DNA from: Vicugna vicugna | Lineage: Eukaryota | NCBI GenBank assembly: GCA_013265495.1 | Contig: MU058781.1 | Span: forward strand, 5,769,050-5,833,049 | Reading direction: 5' to 3' | Length of the DNA stretch: 64,000 bases | In this document: positions 1 through 12,461 of the stretch, piece after piece | How positions within the stretch are numbered: position 1 is the first letter of the stretch | How the letters are laid out: each line of letters begins with the position of its first letter | Program-made: the position numbers and the translations under genes | Notes under the pieces: model-generated | What the model saw: the letters and a program-made list of their open reading frames with translations, nothing else | The model's database searches: none | What the model was told of the DNA's origin: nothing

Positions 1-314
1 TGCAGGGACCACGGTGGCACGAGGGTGCTGGCCTTGCTGGGGGCCATTGGTTATGATAGATGCATTTTATTTTCTTCAACTTTTCCATTTACTATCTCAG
101 AGTAAATAAATAACTCTTCATGTGTTTCTCATCTGATACATTTAGCCACAGTCTAACTCAATTTAAAGACTTAAGCTTACAAAATTTCCCAGACCTAATA
201 CTGCATGTTGTACTATCTCTGTAAGGAGCATGATTCATATTCCATCGTAAATTTTTATGGGTGTGCGTCTCCCAGGCTCAGTTGTGGCCCAGCTCTGAGA
301 GCATGGAATTTATA

Positions 315-392
315 TCATTTATCTCTGTATTCCTAACACCTAGTGCCTGGCATATATGGTAGACAATCAAAATATGCAGAAATGAATGAATT
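315..392 (+). mobile_element. L2 LINE 3' end fragment
   Basis: tctgtattcctaacacctagtgcctggcatatatggtagac...aatgaatgaa, the typical L2 terminus. Confidence 0.6.
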
Positions 393-744
393 CTCATCCG
401 ACCATAAAGAAGGCACATTTACTGAGTGCATGAATGACCCTCAAGTTGTTCTGAGAAGTCTCTAGTATTTCAAATGGCAATATCTGAATTCCAAAACTTG
501 CCTACCAGTTGAAAAGATGACTGTAAATATATACCAAGAAATTCAGCAGAGATCTGTTCTTAGGCAGTAAAAACACATAAAAATAAGGAAATACTACCCT
601 GGTATCCAATGAAGAAAATCATTTGCAAAGGGCTTCCCACCAGCCCATAACTTAAGGGGGAGATAGTATTTTGGGAGTGGTTTCCAAGGAGAGTAGTTAA
701 AATCACTATGGGTTAGAGAACCAGATCTGGAAGAGAAACATTGC

Positions 745-1573
745 AAATGCGCAAAGGACTTGAATTGACATTTCTCCAAAGATCATCTACAAATGGCCAA
801 TAAGCACATATAAAAAAATGCTGAGCATCACTAATCATTAGGGGAAGGCAAATCAGTGCCATAATGAGATACCACTTCACACCCCTTAGAATGGCTGTTA
901 TTAAAAAACAACAACAAGCAAACAAAACCAGAAAATAACATGCACTGGCCAGCATGTGGAGAAACCCTTGTGCATTACCGGTGGGAATGTAAAATGATGC
1001 AGATACAGCTACTGTGGAAAACAGTACGATGGCCCCTTAAAAAATTAAACCACCAAATTACCATATAATCCAGCAATCCCACTTACGGGTGTAGATCCTG
1101 AAGAACTGAAAGCAAGGACTTGAACATACATCTGAACATCCATGGTCATCGCAGCATTATTCACAGAAGCCAAAAGGTAGATGCACTCGAGTATGAATAA
1201 ACCAAATGTGATACATGCACACAATGGAATATTTAGTGGCCTTAAAAAGGGAGGAAATTCTCACACAGGCTGAGACATGGAGGAACCTGGAGGACATGAT
1301 GCTAAGTGAAACACACCAGTCACAAAAGGACAAATACCGCACGATTCCACTTATATGAGGTCATCAAATTCATAGACAGTAGAATGGTTGCCGGGGCTGG
1401 GAGGGGGAGTGATGAAGAGTCAGTGCTTCATGAGGACAGAGTTTCCGTTTGGGAGGACGGATGGTGGGGATGGCTACACAACGATGTGAATGTACTTACT
1501 GTCCCACCGTGAACTGTACACTTAAAAATAACCAATTTTATTTTATGTATATTTTACCACAATTAAAAAAAAA
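745..1573 (+). mobile_element. L1 (L1MB-like) ORF2 end and 3'UTR, 5'-truncated
   Basis: gacatttctccaaag...aaatggccaataagcac, gagataccacttcacacc, ccatataatccagcaatcccactt; ends attttaccacaattaaaaaaaa. Confidence 0.88.
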
Positions 1574-2799
1574 GTGACTCACAATCACTTGGCCCTTTAA
1601 GGGAGGTTTGCAGGTGATCTGTTTGGACCAGGTTATCCCAAGGAGGTCCAAGTCAGTCATGCTCACGACGGCTGGTTTACGAGAGGCAGCTGAGGAATTG
1701 CAACCTGGCTTGAGGGTTCCAGGAAATCAGGTAAAATTTGACAGCTTCCACATCTAGGAATCATTTGGACTAAAAGAGCATATGACTCTGAGCAAACCTG
1801 GCACCTAAGAAATCCGTGGTACGGTCAGAACGCCTGCAATATTCTTTTCTAAACGCTGCAACCTCAGAGATTCAGCTTGACGGCAGATCAGGGGTACGGT
1901 CAATGACAGGTAGGAAGAAAAGTTAGGAAAGTTACCTCCACGACGGAGGAACACAGAGAAGAGCAAAGAAAGGTAAAGCAAATCCCTATAATGGAGGCAA
2001 AGCAACTCGACCTTTCAGGACGACACTGAAAACTAACAATCTCCAGTTACGGGTAAAAGAAGTCTTCCCCTCTTCTAAAACTGCTCTCCCTGGCCACACA
2101 CATCTGACCACTTTTAGTTGACGCTTTCGAAACGTAAGCACTTCTGAGTGTAATTCTGCACAACGCTCGAAACCACAGGCCATGCACAAGAGGTGGCCTC
2201 GTGAAAACTGTCCGTATTTGCACAGCACTGTTTCGGGGATTACTCACGTATCCTCACGGCCTTGCAGAAGTCAAGCTAGCGGAGTGCTGTGCTGCCTACC
2301 ACGGGCGGGAGGAGGCTGAGTCACGGCTTCCCAGCTAAAGGACAACGATACCCCTTCTTCCCACATTCTTGATAAGAAATAGGAAGATTCTTCCAAGCCA
2401 ACGCAACCATGAGGAAGGGGCAAAGTCCTCCGGCCGCACTGCTTGTCTATGACACTGATGACCACCCTCAGGTGACGACAGATCCCCTCCCGCTGCCGAA
2501 ACAAGGAGGAAGGCTGGGTCGTGCATTTCCAACTCAGTTATCCGGAATGGCCACCAGAGGGTCCCAAGCATCCCAACTGACTACAACATTTTCTGGCAAT
2601 CAAAGTTTTAGCCAACATGCAATAAAATGCAATTTTTGTTCAAGGGCACACATCTCTATTGTAACCTGTTTTTTTTTTTTTGACAGTTCTTGTCAGAGAA
2701 TTCAAAGGACTGAAGGAAAATGTGTATATGGGGGAAAAAAAACTGCTGGAGAGAAGATTAAATTCAGGGTAAGGGCATACACCAGATTTTCAGCTAGCT

Positions 2800-2987
2800 A
2801 AAGCCATTGGTAAGCAGGGAAATGTTTAATAACACTTAATAACAATAATGTTGCAGCTTTCTGTAAACACTTCCACCATGGCTGACTTTAAACTACAAAC
2901 ATGATGCCAACTTGCTCTCAAAATTCCTAAAAACTGAACAACTGGCTCCTGAGCCCAAGGGCAAGTTGGCTTCAACACACCCCTGGC
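2800..2987. mobile_element. MER63-like hAT DNA transposon remnant
   Basis: aaatgtttaataac...ccatggctgactttaaactac...ggctcctgagcc...ggcttcaacacacccctgg resembles the recalled MER63 consensus. Confidence 0.45.
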
Positions 2988-3539
2988 TGAAGCCCATTTC
3001 CCTCATCCCACCAAGATCAACAGGCCCTGTTTCATACCTGAAATAAATCCCCAAAGCTAAAGCCCTTCCTTAATTTCAGGCCTCTTCTTATCTATGGAAA
3101 GCTACCTGCTCTCATTTCTGCATCTTTGCTTCCAGTCTCCTCATCTGGAATAAACTTAGCTCAAGGCCAGCCTTGTATGAGAAGACTTCTTCAAATGCTC
3201 TTAGGTTGTACTAGCTTTTCTCTGTTCTGATCTCCTACGGCACTTCAGATTACTGTCCCCTCTTGGGGTCTAGAGGGTTGAGTTCCACGAGGGCAGAAAG
3301 AGTTTTCACAGCCTTAGCCCAGCACAGAGCCTGACCTGGATTGAGTTGAATGAAGTCCGTGGACTTGGACGGCTGGGATGACATCGTCCAGGGGCTCCTG
3401 TGAGCCAGGCTGACCCGCTGGGACCGGGTGAGTGACTGAGGAGGACCTGCTCGCCCAGGGGTGCTCACTGCTGTACTTGCCAGACTGCCACAGAAGGCAG
3501 AGAGGAAATTAACATTGGTTGAGCAGGAAATTTCTGCAA

Positions 3540-4460
3540 ACCCCAGTGCCCAGATCTTGGTTTCTAACACCATTTCCCAATAAAAGGAACCCAGGCTCCT
3601 TGGAGAAATGGCAGATTCTAGGACTGGGGCAGAAAATATTCAAGATGAGTGTGAAGGGAATGCTCAAAACAAAACAAAAACAAAAAAATCAAAAACACAG
3701 TGATGGGGCATATGAAAGAGAAACGGGAGACAAGATCCTAATATTCCCAAAAGATCTGCCAGTGGCCAAAACTGGAACAACTTAAGATACAAAATAAATA
3801 ACACACTACTGAATTATAACCTAAAGTATAAATTAAGTACCCATGAGTTCATACTGATATAACGAAATGACTGAGTAAATAAATAAATGGGAGAGAACTG
3901 GCAAATCTGTGCAGAAGAATTCGGAATAATTCACATAGACACCTCGCCCTTAAGGAGGCTAACCATCCCTGAGGTGTGGTTCCTTCCAAAGAACACAGTG
4001 TGGAAGGTGGGCGGGCAGGGTGTGTGTGTGTGTGTGAAAAGAGTAACTCTAAAGTGGAGAAACAGGACAGACATCACCTCAGCCAGGTGATAAAGGGCAA
4101 CATCCACAGTGGTAAGTCAGGTTAAGGGCATGTAACCCCATATATATATATGATGTGATGAAAATGGCAATTTACCAGCTCTGAGGAGTACTAATGGTCT
4201 TTCTGTTGATTGTCCTTCCATTGGGGTTTTTCTAATCATAACAAAAACATAGGAAAAACCCCAATGGAGGGACATTCCACAAAAATGATCAGCACTTCTC
4301 AGAATGGTCAAGGTCATCTCAAGTCTGAGAAATTGTCACACTGGAGAGATCACAAGTAAATGTAACATGGTGTTCTGGATGGGATCTTGAAACAGAAAAA
4401 GGACATCAGGTAAAAACTAAGGAAATCTGAATAAACTATGGACTTTAGTTAATAATAATT
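3540..4460 (+). mobile_element. L1MC-like 3'UTR remnant
   Basis: cccagatcttggtttcta, ggagaaatggcagattctagg, aaagtggagaaacaggacagacatcacctcagccaggtga, ctggatgggatcttgaaacagaaaaaggacat...ggactttagttaataat. Confidence 0.75.
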
Positions 4461-4464
4461 TTAG

Positions 4465-5062
4465 ACATTTTTGCCAGGTACTCTAAGTGATTTACAGATA
4501 TCATTTTGCTTAATCCCCATAATGTTGTTCAATAGTTTCATTCCCATTTTACAGAGGATGACAATGAGGGAAAAAAAGATATTACTATTTTACTCAAGAT
4601 AACAGAGGTAGGAATTGTTGGGATTCAAGTTGAAACTCATGTTGAATTGTTTTAAGAGCTTTAGAAGTTTTAAGTCATTAATCTTTGCAACAGCCCAATA
4701 AAGCGAGTAGGACTATTATACGTCCCTTTTCAGGTGAGGAAACTGAAGCACAGAGAGGCAAGGTAAGTTATTTAGGATTGCACAGGGGTAAGTGGCGGGG
4801 TCAGAATTTGAATCACAAGGGACCAAAAACAAATGGCACCTCCATTAAGAACCTGCCCTACAGCCCCGACCTCACAATGCATTGGTGAAATAATCACTAA
4901 TAGTGACAGTAAGAAACACTGTAGAGTGGATTACTACATGTCGGCCACTGTTCAAATTACTTTACAAATATTAACTCATTTAACCCTCCCAACAACCCAA
5001 TGAGTTTGGTTCTATTATTATCCCCATTGTACAGATGTGAACACTGAGGTGCAAAGGAGGTG
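4465..5062 (-). mobile_element. Cluster of three MIR SINE fragments
   Basis: Three MIR cores: cccattttacagaggatgacaatgagg, caggtgaggaaactgaagcacagagagg, ccccattgtacagatgtgaacactgagg. Confidence 0.75.
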
Positions 5063-6339
5063 AGTATATGGGTGTTAACTAGACAACTCTTTCAACTTCT
5101 CTGTATGTTTGAAGTTGTTTATAATAAAAAAGTGAGAAAAAAGTCTCCCGTGAAACTTTTTGCTTGGTCATCATAAAAAGGTTTCTCAGAAACTTTATTT
5201 GACCCAAATAAACATGTATCTGATTATTCTGGGGCATCTCATCAAAAATAAAGTTAGTTTCCTGATTCGTCCTTTTAACCTCTTTTATAGAAAATCCCCC
5301 TCTCCCATCAGCAGTGAAAGCACGTTTGCCAAGGCGCTGCAATTAGCCTATTAAGTAACAGTCAGGAGGCCAGTGTTTATTAATTAGCAAAAAGCCATAT
5401 AGGGTATGAGCTCTAGACTCTGCAGAGTTTATGTTCCAACACGGACCCTCCAGATCATGCTTGTGGCTTGGATGGATTTCAACACTTGTACTTATGTTAT
5501 CACAGATCAAAAACATCATTTTTGCTCTGGTCAATGAACATCTTAGGTAACTAGTGCATTCACACTACATCTATTTCTTTGGTAATTTCCATAAACTCGG
5601 TTATTGACTCACTCTACCTTTAATTCTTATCTGGCTTTCACCTCTTGAGGACTTTTTGTTTGTTTGTTTTTCTTAATATGAAGTTTTTCTTGAGAGATTG
5701 GAGCTAATTAAAGGATTTAGGGGAAATGTGCCTCTTCTGACTCTAATACCAGATAGTTATCATCTTTGAGCGAAGTTAAAATCTCTTCCAGATCATTTTA
5801 AGTGTGCACCGTCCTGAGTCAGACGCTTGACAAATTCATTAGCGCCAGTAAATGTTCAAGCTGTCTAGAACGCCTTCCTGCTCTCCTACCTGCAAATCAA
5901 TGGTCTCACCAAGCGCCCCAGGAGAAAAGTGTTTCTGTTCTGCCAAGAGATGCCATGGAGGGCGAAACCAGCTCTCTGCTCCCCCTCACAGAAAGGCTCC
6001 ACTGCACGACTATCTGGATATTAGCGATGACTTTCTAATCAGAAAATAATCATGGTCCAGGCAAAAAACAGATGTTTGACTGGGAGGGGGAAAGTCTTAC
6101 TTCCTAGCAGTGATGCTGAGAGTCCCCACATGCTACCAATCCGATCACGATGAGTTTAATGGCAACTTGCCAGGTCAGGACATTTGCTGAAATCCTTTGA
6201 AAGAATTCAGTTCCTTCTACCTGCACAAGAAACAGGCCTCCTGGGGACAGGAATTTCCTTCTCTGCGCCTCCAAGACCCCGACAGTGAGAGGCTAGAAGT
6301 GGTCTGGGCACCAACTCTGGAGCCGATGTTGGGGTCTGA

Positions 6340-6486
6340 ATGACCTTGGTCAGAGTACTTAACCTCATTGTTCTCAGATACCTCATTTGCATAATAATGG
6401 TTGTAAGGATTAAAGGATTACTAGATTAAAAAGCACTCACAACAGTACTGGCCCATAGTAAGTACCATATAAGCATTTGCTATTAT
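6340..6486 (+). mobile_element. MIR SINE
   Basis: tgaccttggtcagagtacttaacctc...gtaaggattaaa...tggcccatagtaag...gctattat. Confidence 0.75.
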
Positions 6487-7699
6487 GGATAAACATCAAA
6501 ACAGCTGACTGCTATCCAATGATTCCAAAAAATATAACAATTCTAACCTACCCTCTCGCCACTACTTTCTGCCCCCTACCCCACCCCAGACAGCCCTTCT
6601 GCCCACCTGCTCAAAGTCTGTTCATTTAAGACTTGCACCTCTTCCAATGTCACAAGGCCCGGTCTGCAACCACAGGGATGCTGGCAGATAGAAACTCGTA
6701 ATTGCACAGCTGATATGTTTATCCAGATTAGAGGTATAGTGAACTATACAGTTCACTTCTCCTTTTTTTTTTAACAAGGGTTTTTCGCATGCAGATTTTA
6801 TCATCATGCTTACTTCCTCTCTTTTCTTGTAGTAAAAGAATCTTTTCATCTTCTGCTCTGTCCCACCCCGCTGGTGAATTTTAAAAAAGGAAAGAAAAAG
6901 CAGACCAGCCAATTAGCTCAGAGGCCTAAGTATTCTGCTCTGAACTTCACACTGACAGCATTACACCCTGTCCTGGCAGTTTCACAGAGAATTGGAATCT
7001 AATGAGAAAAGATAAGAGAGGAGCAACAGATAAATCAGCCCCAACAGTCCCACCAAGGCCTGGGTGGCCTCAGAGCTTATTAACATACACTGCCTCTCAC
7101 CAAGGGGCATGTAATTCACTTGCCGGTCTTTCTTTACAACTATCAGTCACCCGCACACCGATTTACCTTCAAACAAGGACATTCTGTAAGCAGGGATCCA
7201 CCTATGTGGCTTAGTCATCCGATCGGCCTCAAGGTCACTGACTTGAGAAACACGATGAGAATGACCTCATTCACCCGCTATAGAACCGTGATATCACTGA
7301 TCAATACAGGAGGCTTCTGCTCACCATCAGCAAAGCCTTCTCCAGGGAGCACCCCGCGTACATCAGAAACAAATTACACCCTTAAAGGCAGATGACACAT
7401 GGAACAGAGAGATCCTCTCTGCAAGGCAAAGCCTTTGGTCGATGTGAGAGGAGGACCAATCCAAGCTCAAAAAACGGGAGACAGAAAAGAGAGAGAAGAG
7501 AACCTTTGACAGGATGTTTCTCTAGAGCGCAGGACGCATCTCTGGGGACTCACAAGGTAGGAGGGAAGACAGAAATGGAAGTGCAGTGACAAGGGACCAT
7601 GATGCTGAGGACCAAGAAACAACACACCTGGCGCGTCCATTAACAACGCGCCCTAGGGCACCAATTTCACAGCGTATTGGTGAAACAATCAATTACAGT

Positions 7700-7945
7700 T
7701 AATGGTAATAAATGTAGGAGATCACTTACTATGTCCTAGTCTTTGTTCTAATTCGTTTATAAATATTAGCTCTAATTTTAGTCCTCCAACAACAAAGCGT
7801 GATAAGGTCTGTTATCATCCCCACCCTACAGATGGGAACACTGAGGCACAAGGAGGTCACGGAAGGGGCCTGAAGTCACACTGGTGAGTGGTTGGAATTG
7901 GGATTCAAACCCAAACACTTAGGCTCTGGAATCACTACATTCAAC
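7700..7945 (-). mobile_element. MIR SINE
   Basis: tacagatgggaacactgaggcac...ggattcaaaccca...ggctctgga. Confidence 0.7.
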
Positions 7946-7956
7946 TGTCTGGTTAA

Positions 7957-7990
7957 CACCATCACCACCACCACCACCATCACCACCACC
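7957..7990. repeat. (CAC)n imperfect microsatellite
   Basis: caccatcaccaccaccaccaccatcaccaccacc. Confidence 0.9.
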
Positions 7991-9997
7991 TCCAAGAAGT
8001 TATATTGGTGGGCTTCTTGCACATGCTTTATCCCTCTTCTTGAGATAACTGTCCCACACACTTCGGAATTTCTCTCCCAGTAGAGCTTTCCACAGGAGAG
8101 GTGTTCAATGCATGTGTGTGGAATGAAGGCACGAATCACCGGCTCTAATTAATCCTTCCCTCATTCTGTAAGACAGACGGAGAACTTAGCCTTGTTCTCA
8201 GATAAGGAAAGGGAGGTTCAGGGAAATCAAGTGACTTGTCTAAGGCCATACTGCTTCGGTATGTGCTCTTCCACAACTTACCAGGGGTTTTTAAATTTTT
8301 AAACACTATGGAACTTTTTAAGAAAACAAGATCTACATAACCTTAGAATATAACGGAGATAAAGGAAAGAGGCCGAGTCCAGCGCCCACGGGGCTCTGCA
8401 GGACGCAGCTGGAAAATCATGACAGCTCCACGCAGCGCTGCCAGGACGCCCAACCGAGAGCAGAGCCCAGGAGCAGGGGGCACTCTGCCCAAAGCCCCCT
8501 AAACTCTGAGAGAGGGCGACCACCATTTCCCTCGAGCCCCATGGATTTTCTGAGCCACAGAGGAGGTCCATCCTCTCTCCTTTCTCACCCTCAGGGTTCC
8601 GTTTCTCTCTCCCTTAATGGAGTGGGGCTCAGAGACACCCATCCTTCGCCTCCTTTCTCATGCATCTTTCTGTTCCCCTCTTTGGAGCTGTTCTGTATCT
8701 GTTCCTTTTTCAGCCCTGGGGGTTTCCCCTCCTGATAACTGGAAAGGGGGCAACCTCTTGTGACCCAGTTTTTCATCACCAACCAGAGCAGATGAGGGCA
8801 AAGCATGCTCAGGGGTTTTGCAAGCTGCTCCCTGGGATGGAACACCTTCAACCCTGGCAGACTTCGCTCCACGGTGGTGGGGTTTGGTCGGGGAGAGGGA
8901 GCAATTTTGCAAGGACAGTACTGCAGGCGGACCTGCCTCCTGCTGCATCCTGTCATGCTGAAGCTCAGAGGCAGAACATTCGAGCTGCAGAGGACTGCAC
9001 AGAGCCTTCGGTCCAGCCTCCCATTAAACAAACAGGCCAACTGCCTCCTACTCATGTAAGGTGACTTGGCCAAAGCTAGACACCGGCCCGGCTCCCACTA
9101 GGGACTTCTGACCTCCTGCCCCTAACACTCTCTAAGGAGAGAAAGTAGGAAGTGACTCTCAGAACCAAAAGGACTTTCTCGCCATGTCAAATGATGAGTG
9201 ATGGTAAAACGCTCAGGTTCGGACTGAATTCATGTATGCATCTGTGTAAACCATCTCTTAAGACCTCTGGGAAAATTTTAAAAACCACACTACCCAGAAT
9301 TTCTTGAAGGCTTGTCAAGTGCTTTAAGGCCCTATAGTGTGAGGTGCAACACTGAGAGACGTCAGAAAAAAGATAGCCTTTTCCCCACAGCCTCAGTTGC
9401 TCTGGAACATCTAATGAATAAACAGGGGAGACAGACGGTAGAAGCACCCAGGTTTCTGACCGGCTCCCTATTTCTGCTCGAATGTGAGATGCGGCCATGC
9501 GATCATTAGCATACCCGATTTGCATTCACTCCAGATGAGATTTCATCACTGCATCCTATTTATTCATTCCTTAATATAAATCTAAATTGCGCTCTTCAAA
9601 TAGCAGAGAGCACTCTGCCTCAGTCGGGGAAAGAAATGATCACAGAGAGGGATGTGCATCTTTATCTGCTTTCCCACCCCCACCCCCAGCCCCTCCCTGG
9701 CTCGTCCCAGGACTCAGAAAACACGCTTCAGTCCCGGCTGTTTCATGTCAGGACTCTGGGTAGCCGGGAAACCTGGTGGCCCTCCACGGTCCCAAATGCT
9801 GCGGGAGCCTTGGCTACGTCCTGTTCTAGGTGAGCCCTGGTGGCTGCCCAGCAGCCAAACGCAGGAACTCACAAGGAGGAAAAAGACTAGTCTATTGTAA
9901 AGAAGGCTACAATCACGTGTCAGAATCTCGAAACGTTAGCTGGGAAATAGAGAACAAATTCTTTACGGAAAGTGAGGCATGAAAACGCGGCATGTCA

Positions 9998-10112
9998 CAG
10001 ATCCACACTACTACATATAAAATGGATGAACAAGAAGGACCTACAGTACAGCACAGGGAACTATATTCAGTTGCTTGTAATAACCTATAATGGAAAAGAC
10101 TCTGAAAAAGAG

Positions 10113-10143
<31 letters not shown>

Positions 10144-10213
10144 ATAACAATCACTTTGCTGTACACCTGAAACTAACACAGCATTGTTAATCAATTATAC
10201 TTCAATAAAAAAA
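9998..10213 (+). mobile_element. Artiodactyl-type L1 3' end with internal (TA)n and A tail
   Basis: acagcacagggaactatattcag...tgctgtacacctgaaactaacacagcattgttaatcaattatacttcaataaaaaaa. Confidence 0.85.
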
Positions 10214-12414
10214 ATTTTAATAGAACAAAATTTTAAAATTTTAAAAATATGGCAGGTCCACAAATGATCTTTGGGAAAATGCCGAGCACACGGGATCACA
10301 GGGCTTTCTGCTAATTCCTTCCCACCATGGCCACCCCTCTATCTGTTGAGGAAGCAGCCTGTCTACCCACGAATCACTTTTCCTGAAGAAAAGTAATTTA
10401 CGGTGCCTTTTTCTGTGAAAGAAAAATTGACATCATCATCTGGAAGTTTACATGCAAAAGCGTTGTTCCTAATTCTTTGCACTTTGGGGTAAGACATTTC
10501 CCCCCCTCCTCTTTGTGTATTTTGAAAATAGTAAAAATCTTAAATGAAAATCTTTCATTGGCTTGCACGTATGCTAAAGGAAGGTCCTGTAAGCCTGCCT
10601 GGAGGAAAGCATGTTAACAAAGAAAGAATCATCAATTACCAATAAATTGAACTCAGTGTGCCTCCAACCAGGGCTTATGTGACAAATCTTACCCAGCCAT
10701 TCTGTTTTCATGTGTCTTAATCACTATGATTTCAGTTATTTTTCTAAAGAAAGAGTTCAAGTGTGGCCATAGCTCGGAGGAATAGCTGCTTTCAAGCCTT
10801 GCTCCTTGAGTGCTTTTAGAGTTTCATGCTTGAGTTAAAGATGAACACTTAAAAATTAACTCTAACTTCTAGGTTTGGGGCTGGAAGCCAACAACTTTCC
10901 CGAAGGTCACCGAGGATGCTGTTTGCTGGCCAGACGCATCCTGGTGGTGCTTAAATGTCTCGGGCCCAAGTACCAGAGATGGTCACTCCTGAACCTGACT
11001 CAATTACAGCAAGTAAAAACACACAAAATGCGACGTCTTTACCAATAGTACCTTTTCACTCCAGGTCTGAAACATTCAAGATGCTCAGAAAAACGTTACG
11101 GCACTGGACAGGGAGTTAGAAAATTTCGGTCCTGGGTCTGCCATCAACCTGCCGATGGGCTGGAGCCAGTCTCAGAACTTCTCTGGGCCACGGCTTCAGT
11201 CAGTAAAACAAGGGAGTTGATGGATTTCTCAAGTCCTTCACACGCTCCCAGCTCTGCTTACGAGCCCCTCGGCTGTCCCTCTGCCAGCAGGGACTGAGCG
11301 TGTCAGGAAGGTTGTGCATCTGACCTCGGAGGAATGTGACAACGGCCTTCCCTGCATTGTTCCCACAGTAACCAGAGCCAGCTGTCCACGCAGGCCGGCC
11401 AAGTTAGGGCACAGCGTCACACACAACTGGGAACTCTGCTCAGAGGACTCTCCCCGCGTCCTCGGGGCCCTGGTCTGCAGGTCGCCACACAAAAATGGGT
11501 CTGTGATCTTTATTAAACACCGTTTGAGGGCTGGAAATCTGGAGTGTAGCCATAACTACTTGGGACTCCCTCCAACCACAGCTAGAGGATCCTTCACTTT
11601 CCGGGTCTTTGAACCCACCTCCGGGGTGCTAAGGGGCCGGTGTCACTGACAATTAGCAGGTATTTCCCAAACGTGTTGGCAGGTTCCGACACGAAGGAAA
11701 AGATCTGGGGATTCAAGTGAGAATGAAAAATCTCCAATGACATTTTCATCTGAAAATCTTGGGCTGAGCTAAGATTTGTAGACATGCACTTCTAAGCCCG
11801 GCCAACAACGAAGGCTTTCCTTTCTGCCCGCAGCCTGCATCTGAGATATGAGTAAGGGGGGACCACTGGAAAGCATTACCATTATTTTTAGCTTTGGTAA
11901 GGGAGGGAGGAGTTTTTGAAAGGGCAAAATGGAAAGGAATTTAGGGCAAGGGTGGAGGGAAGAGAGAAGATTAGGAAAAATAAGGACTTTTAGGAGAGAT
12001 AAGTAGCTTCCTCCTCCTTTCTTAATGGACCAGCTACAGCATCAAAGGCTTCGGGTCCAGCTCTCTGGAGACAAAGTTGCTGGAAGGAAATCATTCTTGT
12101 ACTAGTGTCGCAAACATGCCCAGATGCTGTGGGATTTTTCACTTTCCAAAAGAAGCAGATGAATCCGCTCATGGACGCTTTCTTGGGAAAGAGTTTGGTA
12201 ATTCCTGTTGCATTTGAATGCTGCTTTAACTTTCACAGACCCCAAAGAAACACCCTCTTTGGATCTACAGAGATCACAAATGTTCCAGATTAATGGGAGA
12301 TGAATGAATCCTCTTAAATGATGTCCTACGTCTAAAATAGCAAGGTGGAGTCCAGCAGCTTCTGGGGAGACCATCGGACGGGCCAAGAACACAACACGTT
12401 GCAAAACGATTCCT

Positions 12415-12461
12415 CTCTTCCTCTTCCTCTTCCTCTTCCTCTTCTTCTTCTTCTTCTTCTT
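12415..12461. repeat. Compound (CTCTTC)5(TTC)n pyrimidine microsatellite
   Basis: Directly visible. Confidence 0.95.

Noticed and set aside
6101..6220. Minus-strand acceptor/donor pair (120 nt)
   Set aside because: Moderate sites only, typical of the many pseudo-exons in long introns; no additional support
8591..9073. Overlapping 130-160 aa ORFs (likewise 24740-25252, 48489-48965, 52485-52931, 58085-58513)
   Set aside because: No recognisable domains, overlapping on both strands, lying in GC-richer or repeat-derived DNA; consistent with chance ORFs
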